In this document: piece by piece, positions 27,190 through 43,484 of the stretch
How positions within the stretch are numbered: the stretch's first letter is position 1
How the letters are laid out: every line of letters begins with the position of its first letter
NCBI GenBank assembly: GCA_031835245.2
Contig: JAVKOQ020000037.1
Coordinates: forward strand, 1 to 64,000
From: Balamuthia mandrillaris
Taxonomy: Eukaryota
Reading direction: 5' to 3'
DNA length: 64,000 bases
Made by a program: the position numbers and the translations under genes
Notes under the pieces: generated by a model
Databases searched by the model: none
Seen by the model: only the letters and a program-made list of their open reading frames with translations
Told to the model about the DNA's origin: nothing

Positions 27190-27403
27190 TAAACTTCCTC
27201 TTCCCGCCCTTGACTTCCTCTCACAATAAATAGTGTTTCTAATGTGCATAATTACGACTCCTTCCGCCTTTTTTTTTTTTTTGAGTGTTTGTGTTCTCAC
27301 TCCCCCTAACGCGTGCAATGTTTGCTTTGCTACGGTTGTGGCTGGCTTCATTTGTTTGTTTATTGCTGCAAGAGGGGGAGGAGGAGAGACAACTGGCTCT
27401 GCT

Positions 27404-28503
27404 TCACTTTTCAGAACCGGCGGCGGCACCGGAAGCAGCCTGGTGGTGGTCGCCATAGTATTTTTGCCACTCACGAATGCCCCCCTCCAAAAATTGAACG
27501 TTGGAATAGCCAAGCTCCTTCATCAACGTGGCAACCTGCTTGCCCTATTGTCACACCACAAAGCCATCCATTCCTTTGTCAGTGCTGTGGTTTGCTAAGA
27601 CGGGGATAAAAAACAACAAACAGACAGACGAACAACGTAGCAGTTGCTTTGGGGAAATAAAAAAAAGTACCTGGTTGGCAGTTTCTGGCGCACAGTAGAC
27701 AACAAGGTGCTGCTCTTTCTTTGGCTTTGTCAAACCATACTTCTGGTCCCACACGCTCTCACTCAGGGAAAGCAACTTTTCTATCTCCTGAGCTAGCCTC
27801 CCGGCAGGACAACAAGAGAAGAGCAAAGGACCACAACAAATAAAGGAGTTAAAAAAATTCCGAAAAAAAATAAAGCGGAGGAGAGTGTTCACCACCACCA
27901 CCAAAAGAATAACAACGACCACAAAAAGACACAGTCAGAGGGGTGAAAGCAAAGCAGTTCAGTGTGAAGGGCAAAGTTCTTACCGCTGATTTGCAAGGCT
28001 CCCTCAATGGGAGGCTCCAAGAGAGAGAGGCCCTTTTCTCTGACATCGAGCAGGGTGGGCGGAGTGCTTGTTTGAAGTAGAGAATGCAGTTGTTGCCTTG
28101 TGATGATGGAACCTTCCTCCAGCTCCGGTTCTTGCGCCTTTTTATGTTTTATCCTGTAGGAGAAGCGGCTGTCATAGAGTATGTTTGGGTCCTTTGTGCC
28201 AGCGAGGTTATCTGTTCCTTCTCCTTGACCGTCAGCGGGGGAGGCGGTTTCAGCTTGTTGTGTGGTGGCATCGGCGGAACCTCGCTTCATGAGACGTTTA
28301 CGGCGGGTATAAAGCGAAGGTGCTGTCGCATGGAACAAGCAGCGGCGGCTCGGAGTGAGAGATGGTTCCGCTAGCCGTCCTCCAACTCTGACCTCCCCCA
28401 TCCTCTCCGCCCTCCACAGCATCAACATGCTGCCGCCTTGTAGCAAGGGCAGATTCCGCTGCGTGCGCACTGCATTCTCCGCAAGGGTGACGGACCTCCT
28501 CAT
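27404..28503 (-). CDS. Rhodanese-domain protein with a probable mitochondrial presequence
   Basis: Spliced reading gives LLDVRE...IEGALQI, KPKKEQHLVVYCAPE and a last exon GKQVATLMKELGYSNVQFLEGGIREW. Arg-rich N-terminus. Confidence 0.8.
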
Positions 28504-28866
28504 CCTCCTCCTGTTCCCTGAGCTAGCTGCAGCTGTGGCTTCTTTTCTTTCTTTCTTCGGCTTTACGCGTGGGTGTAATGTCGTCCCGACTAGTCGACAA
28601 GAAAGATGCTTCAGCAAAATGTGTGCTTGAGGAGTAGAAAAAGAAGAAAAAAAGGAGAACGAAGGAACGGCGGACCCCCACCCCTGCCCCCCTGCCCCCC
28701 CCTTCCTTGAAGAAGAGCCAAAACGACAAAAAAAACAAAACAAAAAAACAAAAAAAAAAAAAACGAATAACGACCGAAAAGAAAGGAAACTTGCCGCGAT
28801 TGTAAGAAACAAGCCCCAACTCACGAACAAGTCACCTCCTCAAGATCTTTCCTCTACTTTGCAAGA

Positions 28867-31800
28867 ATGGCCTCTCTAGGAGACATGGAATCGTTGAAAG
28901 ATGATCTGTTGTACTTATTGTTGCTTCTTCAGAACTTAAACCCGGCTCACCTTGCCACCATATGCCAGTTCATGCAGCATACTCCCGAAGCCCTCAGTAT
29001 GGAAGAGCTGGCTCAGCTTCTCACCCAAGTAACGGAGGCGCGTCTTAGCAAGCTGATAACCCTCTCCTCCGGAGGAGGAGCAGGCGAGACCACCAACAGC
29101 ACGACCACCAACAACGCTTCAACTAGTGGTCTAGGCGGAGCCTTGACCTCATCTACTTGCTCTACTGCTTCTGAACAACAAGCTGACAAAAGTGGCGTCG
29201 GAGGAAGAGAAGATATGGAGTTAGTGGCTATGGCAACCCAGCAGCAGCAGCAAGTAGTTGCAACAGGGACTCCCTATTCTGAGCAAGAACAAGAGAGAGA
29301 GGCAGAGCTATGGGCCAGGCAACAGGCAAATGAGATAGTGGTAGCATTGGGCCACCTCATGCAACTCTATCACTTGCAGCAGGTACTGAGCAAGCTCTCC
29401 ATCATGCAACTCATGAAGCTCTTTGAGTTCGTGCCACCTGGAGGCCAGGTCCAGCAGCTTCAGTTGCTCCAACAGCTACAACAATTATTGGGACAGCTCC
29501 TCCCGGATACGTTGCTCAATTTGCAAAGCGAGGTCACCAAAACCTCTCCTCAGCAAGAGCAGCACGTTCTTGCCAACCTGCTTCACCTTCGAAAGGAGCA
29601 TTTTCACTTGTATCAACCTCTTCGCCACATCCTGCAGCTGGACCCCAACGAGTTGCTGGCTCTGCGCGATGTCCTCCCCACCCTTCTCCCTGCCCAAATG
29701 TTGCAGCTTCTCTCCCTACTTCAGCTCCAGCCCTTTGACGTGCTCGAGCTCAAGAGACTGCTGACCGCAGTTCAGCCACAACCTCCTCCACCCCTCCTCC
29801 CTTCTTCTTCATCTGCAGCTTCTTCGTCATCCGGTGCTCTTCCTCCTGAAGTTGCTCCGCAACACAAGTCCGTGTCTCTCTTTTCCCTGCCATTTTCCTC
29901 TTATCTCATGTCTTGTGTTGTTCGAGTCTCGTCTTTAGTCTCTGTTCTTCTCCCATTTCTGTTAGATTTGTACCTACTCACGCTATTTGTTTGTCTCTCA
30001 ACTGAAAATAGGAAGCTGCTATTGAAGATAGTGGAACAACCGCCAGAAAAATCGGTGTACAAGCGCAACCTAAAGCCTAATCCGACAGTTCAAGTGGTGG
30101 AAGAAGAGGAAGCAAGCTCGGAGCAAAACCTGTTTGTGGCGCCTGTTTTATTGCGTTGTGACACTTTGGAGGAACAACCAAAGCTAATGACAGGGAACAA
30201 GCCAGTAAAGGTAGCACCGGGGCGGGTGATATCCTTCCGCAGACTGAAGATCACATCAACCTCTCATCAACAAGGAGAATCTCTTTTTGCCATCAAGTTC
30301 GAGCTAAGAAAGTACCACAACAATGAATATGAGATTTTGGATTCCGTTCAGTCCAATCCCATCTGCGTACTTTCTCATTCAACTCAGCTAAAGCCAGGTA
30401 TGTTAATATTCCTCTTTACATCTAAGCTTGCCATTTACTCATGCATCGTGTTTCACCACATCCAATTTCAAAGCTTCAACTACCACGCCTGCCGTCGCCG
30501 AAGTAATCCCATACAGTGGGTCATCTCTGGGTGGAACTCGAGTTGCAGTTCTTGGCAATAACTTTGTGGATAGCCCCTCCTCCAAAGTGCGCTTTGATAA
30601 TACGGATGTAATGCCAACATTCCACGGCCCCCGCACTCTAATCTGTATAACCCCGCAGCATCAACCTGGTATTGTCAGCGTGCGAGTTAGCAATGATAGC
30701 AAAGTCTGGAGTCCTACTGCTGCATCGTTCACCTATGAGGACAAGAGGATGGCTGCCGAACAAATTCAAGTTGCAGAAATCCACCACCACTTCGACCTGG
30801 GGCTTGATATTGGTATGTGAACTTCCTTCGAGTTTTTTTTTTGTGAAAGCCTTTTAGTTAATCAATTTTCCTTTATTTTGTTGATATCTTCTTTTTATGC
30901 TGGTGACGGGACACAGCGAGCAGCATCTGCGAGGCTGCATGGCAGGGTGGTTACGAGACTGTCAAAGACTTGCGAGAAAGGGGAGCAAATCCCAATGTGG
31001 TGGATGAACGTGGTTACACTGCATTGCACTATGCTTCGTCCCTTGGCTACGAGGAGATAGCTCAGTACCTCATGGACTTTGGGGCCAAGATAGACAAGAG
31101 GGACAACAATGGAAACACACCGCTGTGTTGGGCTGCTTTCTGGGGTCACATTAGGGTAGTAGAGAGCCTCGTGGAGCAAGGTGCTGACATGAATCTGTCC
31201 AACTACGAGGGTCTTACTCCCCTTCACTTAGCCGTTACATACGGCCATCAGGAGATGGTACTCTTCCTCGCTGACCACGGCTCCATGTTAAATGCGGCCA
31301 CTCTCCATGGTGATACTCCCTTACATCGAGCTGCTGCCCTCGGCTACGAAGATATTGTTCTTTCGTTGTTACAACATGGCGCTTTTCTGGATCCCAGAGA
31401 TGATAACGGCGAAACCCCCCTGCACTATGCCGCCAGAGAGGGTTGCCTCTCCACAGTGCGTGCTTTGATCAACGCGGGTGCTGACCCATGTCTATTCAAC
31501 GCCGACCGAGAAACCGCACTCCACGTTGCTACGTCTTCCGGCCATCTTGACATCGTCAAGCTACTTGTCTCGCGTGGGATTCCTTCACTCTTGGTTAGCA
31601 GGGACATCTTTGGGGCCACCCCCTTACATCATGGTGAATTTCTCTCTCTTTTCCTCCATGTTGCAAAATATTAACCAAATTACTGGGTACTCTCCCAATA
31701 ATCAGCATTCTCCGGCAACTGGTTGGAAGGAGCGTCTTTCCTGTTGGAAAATGGCGCAGACCCCAACGCCACTGATGTGTATGGCCAAACGCCCTTTAAC

Positions 31801-32186
31801 TACCTTTCCGATCAGCCACAGTATTCCGGTTGTGGCACAATTACCCTCACTTCCAGCTTTGGCAACTGGTTGTTAGACCAGTACCAGCACTACGCTCCGC
31901 TTTCCGCAAAGCTTCAACGAGGCAACAGTGGGCAACCATTCAGATGGGGAGGCTCCTACCCTTCTTCTCCGCTTGCTGAAGATGGTGGCAATATCAACTA
32001 CTCCGCCCTGCTAGAATCCAAGATAGCAGAGGAGAGGCGTCTGCTCGACCCGATGGTGAAGATGATGACGGACCTTGCTCCTCCTTCCTCTCAGCCATTG
32101 GCTGTTGGCTCTGCGGCTGACGCTGCCATGGGACAGAGACAAAGAACGTTTTCCACCAATTCAGTCCACAGAAAAATGTGTAAATA
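28867..32186 (+). CDS. Putative transcription factor: Gln/Leu-rich N-terminus, Ig-fold (STAT/CudA/Rel-like) DNA-binding domain, IPT/TIG domain and ankyrin repeats
   Basis: IVEQPPEKSVYKRNLKPNPTV...FRRLKITSTSHQQGESLFAIKFEL...SNPICVLSH (30012-30397). IPT: VIPYSGSSLGGTRVAVLGNNF...LICITPQHQPG.VSVRVSND...FTY. About 7 G.TPLH.A ankyrin repeats. Confidence 0.8.
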
Positions 32187-32448
32187 ATTGCCTACAGCAT
32201 GGTAAGCAACTTTAGAGACTTCGGCAGCTGCATCACGTAGACCTTAATTTTCGGCGCCAATATGAGAGATTCTGAGGATGCCTTTCAACCACTCATACTT
32301 CTTCCCGTTAGTACTTCTGCAGCCCCTTACCAACTTATCTGCCGCTCCATTTGCTTGCCTTTTATTATGTTTTAGTTTTTTCTTTACCTTTTTTTTTTCG
32401 TTTTCGTTTTGAGGCCAATAAATCATAATTAATAATAATCCATTCCAT

Positions 32449-35400
32449 TCACCCCTCTTTCTTAACTGCTGTCCTGCCATCGCTGCCAGAAGCAGGAGAT
32501 GTACCCTCTACTGCCGCCTCTTGCAAATAGTCGGTAAGCAGGTCCAATAGCACCTACAATGGGCGTTGGTGAATTAGGAAAAACGCAAGACTAGACAAGC
32601 CACTTACTGGTTTCCTCATATCAGAGCGAACTGCAACTCCTTTGCCTGGTTGAGACAAGAAAATGTTGAAAAAAATAAGTAGTAGGAAAAGATGAAACGA
32701 AGTAAGTAAATACCCATTAAGTACTGTTTTAACTAATTTTTTTAAAAGGAAAGGTTAGCACAAAAACCAAAGAGAAAAAAACTAGAGGACGGAATTGTAC
32801 CTGTGGTATTGTCAATTTTTTAAGCTGGTACACGAAGAACAGAGGTTAGTGCCAGCTTCCTCAAAGTCAACAACAACTTCATAAGACAACAACAAAACAA
32901 AACAAAACAAACAAAACAAATTTAAACAAAAATAAAGAAATAAACCTGCCCAAGACTAGCTAGTTCCTGTACAGTTTCCTCGTCTACAGCAGCTTTTTTT
33001 TCTGGCCGTTTGTTTGTATCACCAGAGTCAACTACTCTCTTTCGTTTCTGGCCAGGCTTTGTGGCGCGCCTTGACTCATAGTCTTCTGAAAAGACAGCGC
33101 TTTTGAATTCGTCTATAACTGCAGAAAACTTTGAGAGCAAGATGTCAAGGCAGGCCTATTGCAACTCGCAATGATGGAGGCACGGTACTAACCCGGCTCA
33201 TGCCTTCCTCATCTGGTTGTAGATAGTCTGGTGTTTCTTCCACTGTGTCTCGATCTAAAGCAAGGGCCTGTAAGCTTGCATAGTGCTTTTGTAGGGCTAT
33301 GTGGACAAATTAAGTAGGATGAGCAACTGTTAAAAGGAAACCACTTGAGTATTGAAGGCCGCAATAACAAAACCTGGATTCTCGAAGCTTCTGCTATCAA
33401 AGTTGATCCGTAGCGTCTTAACAAGTTTCTTAGCTTTTAGGATTTGTTCTTCGTTGGCTTTTTCAAAAAAAAAAAATGCAATGAGCTTATTGGAATTCGT
33501 ACGTTAAGAGAAAAGAAGAGGAAAGGAACATCCCAACCTTTTGGTTGTGGTTCGCCTAGTGTTATTGTGCGAATATCATCGGCGTAGGGCAACGGAATGA
33601 GATGGAAACCAGGAGGATTAATCTGGATACCATCTTCATCAAAAGTTTCTTGTTGTGGTAACAAGGCCACAAAGCGAGGAGGGGCACCATCTCTGGGAAT
33701 CCAGCGTGCTATCGCCAACTTGTCCATATGAAGCATCCGGTCTAGCAGTGCTGTAAATGCGACTGTGCTCCCTTGAATTTCCTTTTTTTGGTGGAATATA
33801 TTGGTTGTTATCTCAGAACTAGGAAGAAGGGAAGAGGCACAATCGTACATGTTCGTCTGGATAAACGAAGGATGAGTGACGGATGTTGTAATAGGTTTTA
33901 AGGGAGTGGCGAGGTTTGAAGCCCATCAACTGAAGACCCTTTTTGTCCAATGCTTTAATAGTGGCAACCTCATCTTTGTCAAATATGACGCTCTCTCCTC
34001 CATAGCCGTAGGAATACTTAATCTGTGTATCCATGAGAAGGGTTCCTGTGTCCACACATACCCACTTACTCATGGTCTTAACGGGTTGATTTGTTTTCGC
34101 ATCTAGCCACACATGCGATCCTTTTGTTGTTTTCTGAACAAGATTGTATCTGTACACAAATTAGATGCCATTAGAATTCAGTAGAGAGAGAGAGAGAGAG
34201 AGAGAGGAAAAGCGTGTTTACAGCCGCAGAGCAATTTCAATGTCTGGCCCAATAAACAGAGAAAAGCGGTTGATGGCTCGTTTTTTGAATTCCTTCCGTC
34301 GAACGCGGGCCCTCAGTTCTTCAAACTTTGCAGATGCATCATAGTTGAAGAGTCCAGTGTCTTCATCTTCACTTACAGAGATGATGTACTGGGAATGCAT
34401 AAACATATTAGAATAAGCAGTTGTATGGGTCCATGGTACAAAAAGAAAGGCACACACTTGATAAAAGCGAGACGGATCGAAGCTCTGGGTGGCCTTGTTC
34501 ATTGAAAACAGCTCGATGTCAATTCCCAACTCTGCCAAATCCTGTTGTTCTGATTAGGAATCTGAACGGGAGAACGGGAGGGAGCATGCTGACCTTTGCT
34601 CTCTGGAAACTTTGGTCTCTGAGGTTCTTGTTTTCAGCGTTAGGATTGTCTTCGTTGGTGAAAAGGAAAATACGCTTATGGCCCACTTTGACAGAACTAT
34701 TTGTGAGAGAACGGTTTCGGGGTTAGATGGCATGTTGGTTGAGTTGGGGTCGGTTTTGGGGCGTCACTAACCAATTGGAAAACATGGTGGAGCAAGTCCA
34801 CAAAGCATCGCATAGAGGAAAGTCTGTACGGTGGCCATATGCTTCTCCAAAGCTTTCCGTTCCACTTCCTTTGGAGCAAACAGTTAACATGAGGAAAGCG
34901 AGATGTGCTCATTAAAAACCAAAAAGAGAAGAACACTCACTAAGGAGAGTTTCTAATTCCATGATACGGTGTGCATCTGGTGTGTCCAACTCTTGCATGA
35001 CATAGATTCCTTCAAAGTCGTTCGCGTTCTTTTTCTTTTCCTGCAGAATATATGGAAGAGAAGCAACATGTTAGAAGCACCTTATGCGACGAGAGAAGCA
35101 TAAGACGTACAGTTCCGTAAAAACACAACCCCACCAAGTCTTGTGTGGAAAAGAATGGAGAGTCAGTGTCCGTGAAGAAGAAGAAGGAGAAAGAGAAGAA
35201 GAAGAAGAAGAAGAAGAAGAAGAAGAAGAAGAAGAAGAAGAACAAGAAGAAGAAGAAGAAGAAGAAGCAGAACAAGAAGAAGAAGAACAAGAAGAAGAAG
35301 AAGAAGAACAAGAAGAAGCAGAAGAAGAACAAGCAAAGAAGGGGAAGTACCGTTTTCGCTGGAAATAATTTTGTCAGTCAAGGTAGCGATGACACACTTG

Positions 35401-35653
35401 AGCGCGTTGAAAAAGGGTATCTCCTCTCGATCATTCTTTTTGAACATGTCTGGTTGGCAGTCCACCAGAAATATGATACAATCTTTGTTTGCATGAAAGT
35501 ACTAAAAATAATGATGATAAAAAAAAATAGGTCCCGGTTGTGAACACTTCAAAGCAAAGCCCTGCCCAGGAGCTAACGTACCTCTTGGTCCAACTCCTCT
35601 TCTTCGTCCCCATCGAACAAGTTTCCTTCCTCCCCGAACGGATCTTCCCACAT
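32449..35653 (-). CDS. XRCC6: Ku70 (vWA, Ku core, SAP domain), multi-exon
   Basis: MWEDPFGEEG...; IIFLVDC; DLVGLCFYGT; KRIFLFTNEDNP; LQLMGFKP; SFVYPDE; PRFVALLPQ; GFHLIPLPYADDIR; FENP|ALQKHYASLQALAL; C-terminal SAP domain. Confidence 0.95.
35174..35340. repeat. Long (GAA)n/(TTC)n purine tract in a Ku70 intron
   Basis: About 165 bp of nearly pure AAG triplets with a few AAC/CAG variants, lying between the ISSEN and DLVGL exons. Confidence 0.95.
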
Positions 35654-36465
35654 TTAGCCTACTCACCCCCGAGAGCCCAAAGTCTTTGGCTAGCCTTTGT
35701 GACGACAGGGAAAAAGGTTGTGATAGTATACTTTTCCTGTTCGCGTCTTCAGATGCTTTTCCTCTCTTTGGCCTTTTTTTCTTTCTGAGTATATTTGTTT
35801 GAAATTAATGCTCGTTAATTCGCTGTAGGCTGCTTCAGCAGTGCCACAAGTCTTGGCCCCTGCGGCAACTACGAACAGCTTCATCTGCCTCATTGTCCCT
35901 CCCAGTAAAAGCAAAAGAAGTTGAGGAAGCAGAAGAGGAGGAGGAGGAGGAGGCAAAAATGCAAACCTTTACTCTGTATAGCCTTGTAAAGGAGAATGCC
36001 GACACTGCCAACCAATTGTTGGCACTCCTCTTTTGTAAGCTTGTGAGCGCGCGCGTGGCGTGCTGAGGCCTCATTTTTTCGAGCTGTAGCACGAAAAAAA
36101 AAAAAAAAGAACAGAGGAACGAGGAAGAACAAAAAGATGAGGCAAACAAGCACCCAGCGTGTTCGTGAGTGGCGAGCAAAAAAGAAAAGAGTAAGGGAGG
36201 AGAAGGAAGAAGAGGAACAGCAGCGACATCAAAAAAGGCAAGAACAAAAGAATGCTTCAGCCTGTCGTTGCCGAGCACGGTTATCCAAACCACCTTCCAC
36301 CCAAGACCAACAACAGGAGCCTCAGCTTCACCTTTGCCCTTGTCTTCAGCAGAACTGGAGCTACAAGAAAGAAACCAACAATTAACAAAGGAAGTGAAGC
36401 AACAAAGGCCCGGAAAGAAGCAAGACTTCAACCTCTTCCTCAGCCTGCAAGGCACAATTATTATA

Positions 36466-41549
<5,084 letters not shown>

Positions 41550-42051
41550 GGTGGTCGGCAACAAAGCAGCAGCCCTCCCCTCCATGCCGCCCAACGCTCG
41601 CTTGCTCTGATGAGTTCTCGCCCGTGTTTTCCACCCCCACCTACCCCCCTCTTTTTTTGTCTGACAGCCGTGCACGAACCGCCGCAACACAGCCCCCTTC
41701 TTCTATTCACCACGCGGAACCAAAGTCTTTGCTATGCTGCTACTCCCTTTCTCCCTCCCCTCTTTAGCCGTAGTGCTACAGCTAGTACAGCTGCTTCTCT
41801 TCTCTTCGTCGTTCTCTGCTGTGCTCTTCTGGTGTGTGGTGTGGTGTGTGGTGTGTTGTGTGTGAGGGAGTGTTGCTTGGGGGGTTTATTTTGCTGTTGT
41901 GGGCTACATTGTGCACGATGCCCCTAATAGGCATTGCCTTAAAAGGTAAAACTCCGCTGATGGCCTCCCCTTCTGCAGCTATCGAGCACAAAGTCCAACC
42001 CAAGAGGAAGAGGGAGGAAGGAAGGAAGGAGGAAGCGGAAGGGGCAGCCGG

Positions 42052-42285
42052 ATGAGCCAACCACCATCACCACCACCACTCCAACCACCACCGTTGGGAG
42101 AGGCAGAAGCTGCTGGCGGGTTCTGTTGGCGGAGGTGAGAGGGTGGGGCCTTGACCCGCGCTACTGGGCTCACGCGAAGTTGTTGCTGTCCGAGGTGCAC
42201 GGCCTGCCTTGCTTTCCCCAATACCCTGGTACTGGGTGCTGCCCTTCCTCCCGTTGCTCCACCGTTGCTGCTCTCTTACTTCTCT

Positions 42286-42324
<39 letters not shown>

Positions 42325-42973
42325 GTTGACGACAACCAAGCTAGATACGTTTTGGCTGTTTGGTAGGCCCCTATGTCGTGTGGAGGTGGCTGGGGTGGTC
42401 ATTGGCAAACACCCCAAAGAACAGTTTACTGACTTGTATGGTGCATAGTTTTTTCTTTCTTCTTTGTCTGTTCTATTCTATTCTTTCTTTTGGCATGCCC
42501 TAACCTTTGCCATAAAATGTGCCAAACGCATGCAGTGGATGACGGCAGTGCCACCATCCGCTGCTCTGTCTACCATAACGCAGCATTGGGCGAGGTGGTG
42601 GAGGAGGTGCAGCTTGGCGCCTTTGTGGTGGTGCAAGGCAAGATCAGCTGCTATCTTCACCAGCGCAAAATATCCGTATTTCACATACGTTTGTTCTCCA
42701 TTCCCTCTTCCCTCTTCCCTCTTCCCTCTTCCCTCTTCTCTCTTCTCTCTTCTCTCTTCTCTCTTCTCTCTCTCTCTCTCTCTCTCATCTCTCCTCCAAA
42801 AACAAATCCAACAACTACAACGATCAACAGGGATAGAAGAAGACCCCAATGCGGAAACGCTGCATTATCTGCAAGCAATGCACCTGAAGAAGGAAGTCTA
42901 CAGCAAAACAGCTGCTACCACCGCCGCAACCACAACCAACTCTGCTGCTTCCGTCCGTGTTCCCGCCAAGTAA
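42052..42973 (+). CDS. STN1: CST complex subunit STN1, short OB-fold-only form; start uncertain (likely 1-nt indel near 42118)
   Basis: LDPRYWAHAKLL, RVEVAGVVIG, VDDGSATIRC, GAFVVVQGKISCY and EEDPNAETLHYLQAMHL match the STN1 OB-fold pattern. Confidence 0.8.
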
Positions 42974-43484
42974 GACGCTCGATTACGGCTCGTAAGGGTG
43001 ATACAAAAAACCCCCTCCAAGGTAACTGCTCGTACAACGCAGCACGGGTAAACCTCAATGGAGGATTGGCACAACATCGCTTCCACAGTGGATGAGGCTT
43101 GCCTCTTCTCCGTGCTTCCCTCAATCGAGAAACATTTTATCACCGAATGACTGTGACGTCTGTGCCTTTCTTCTATGTTTTTTTTTTAAACATTTAGTGG
43201 CGATAGCAGTAGTGGTAGTAGTATTCTCATTTTTGTGAATGCAAGCCTGTTTGTTCGACCTGTGATAATATATGTAAAGACAAGGGATTCTTCTCTCAGC
43301 AGCAACAACAGTGACCCCGACAGTGATCCTCTATGACTTCATCAACAATATTGAACCAGTGAGGAAGGGTGCACCAATGTCGACGTTATCTCCTTAAATG
43401 GTATATCTGTCGACAAAAGAAGAACAAAAGAAAGCCGACGAGGAAGACTACGGCAGGCAAGGCAGCACCAGGCGTGTGGTGGGG

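Noticed and set aside
35012..35543. Poly-F/K/E/L ORFs
   Set aside because: These are translations of the intronic GAA tract within Ku70.
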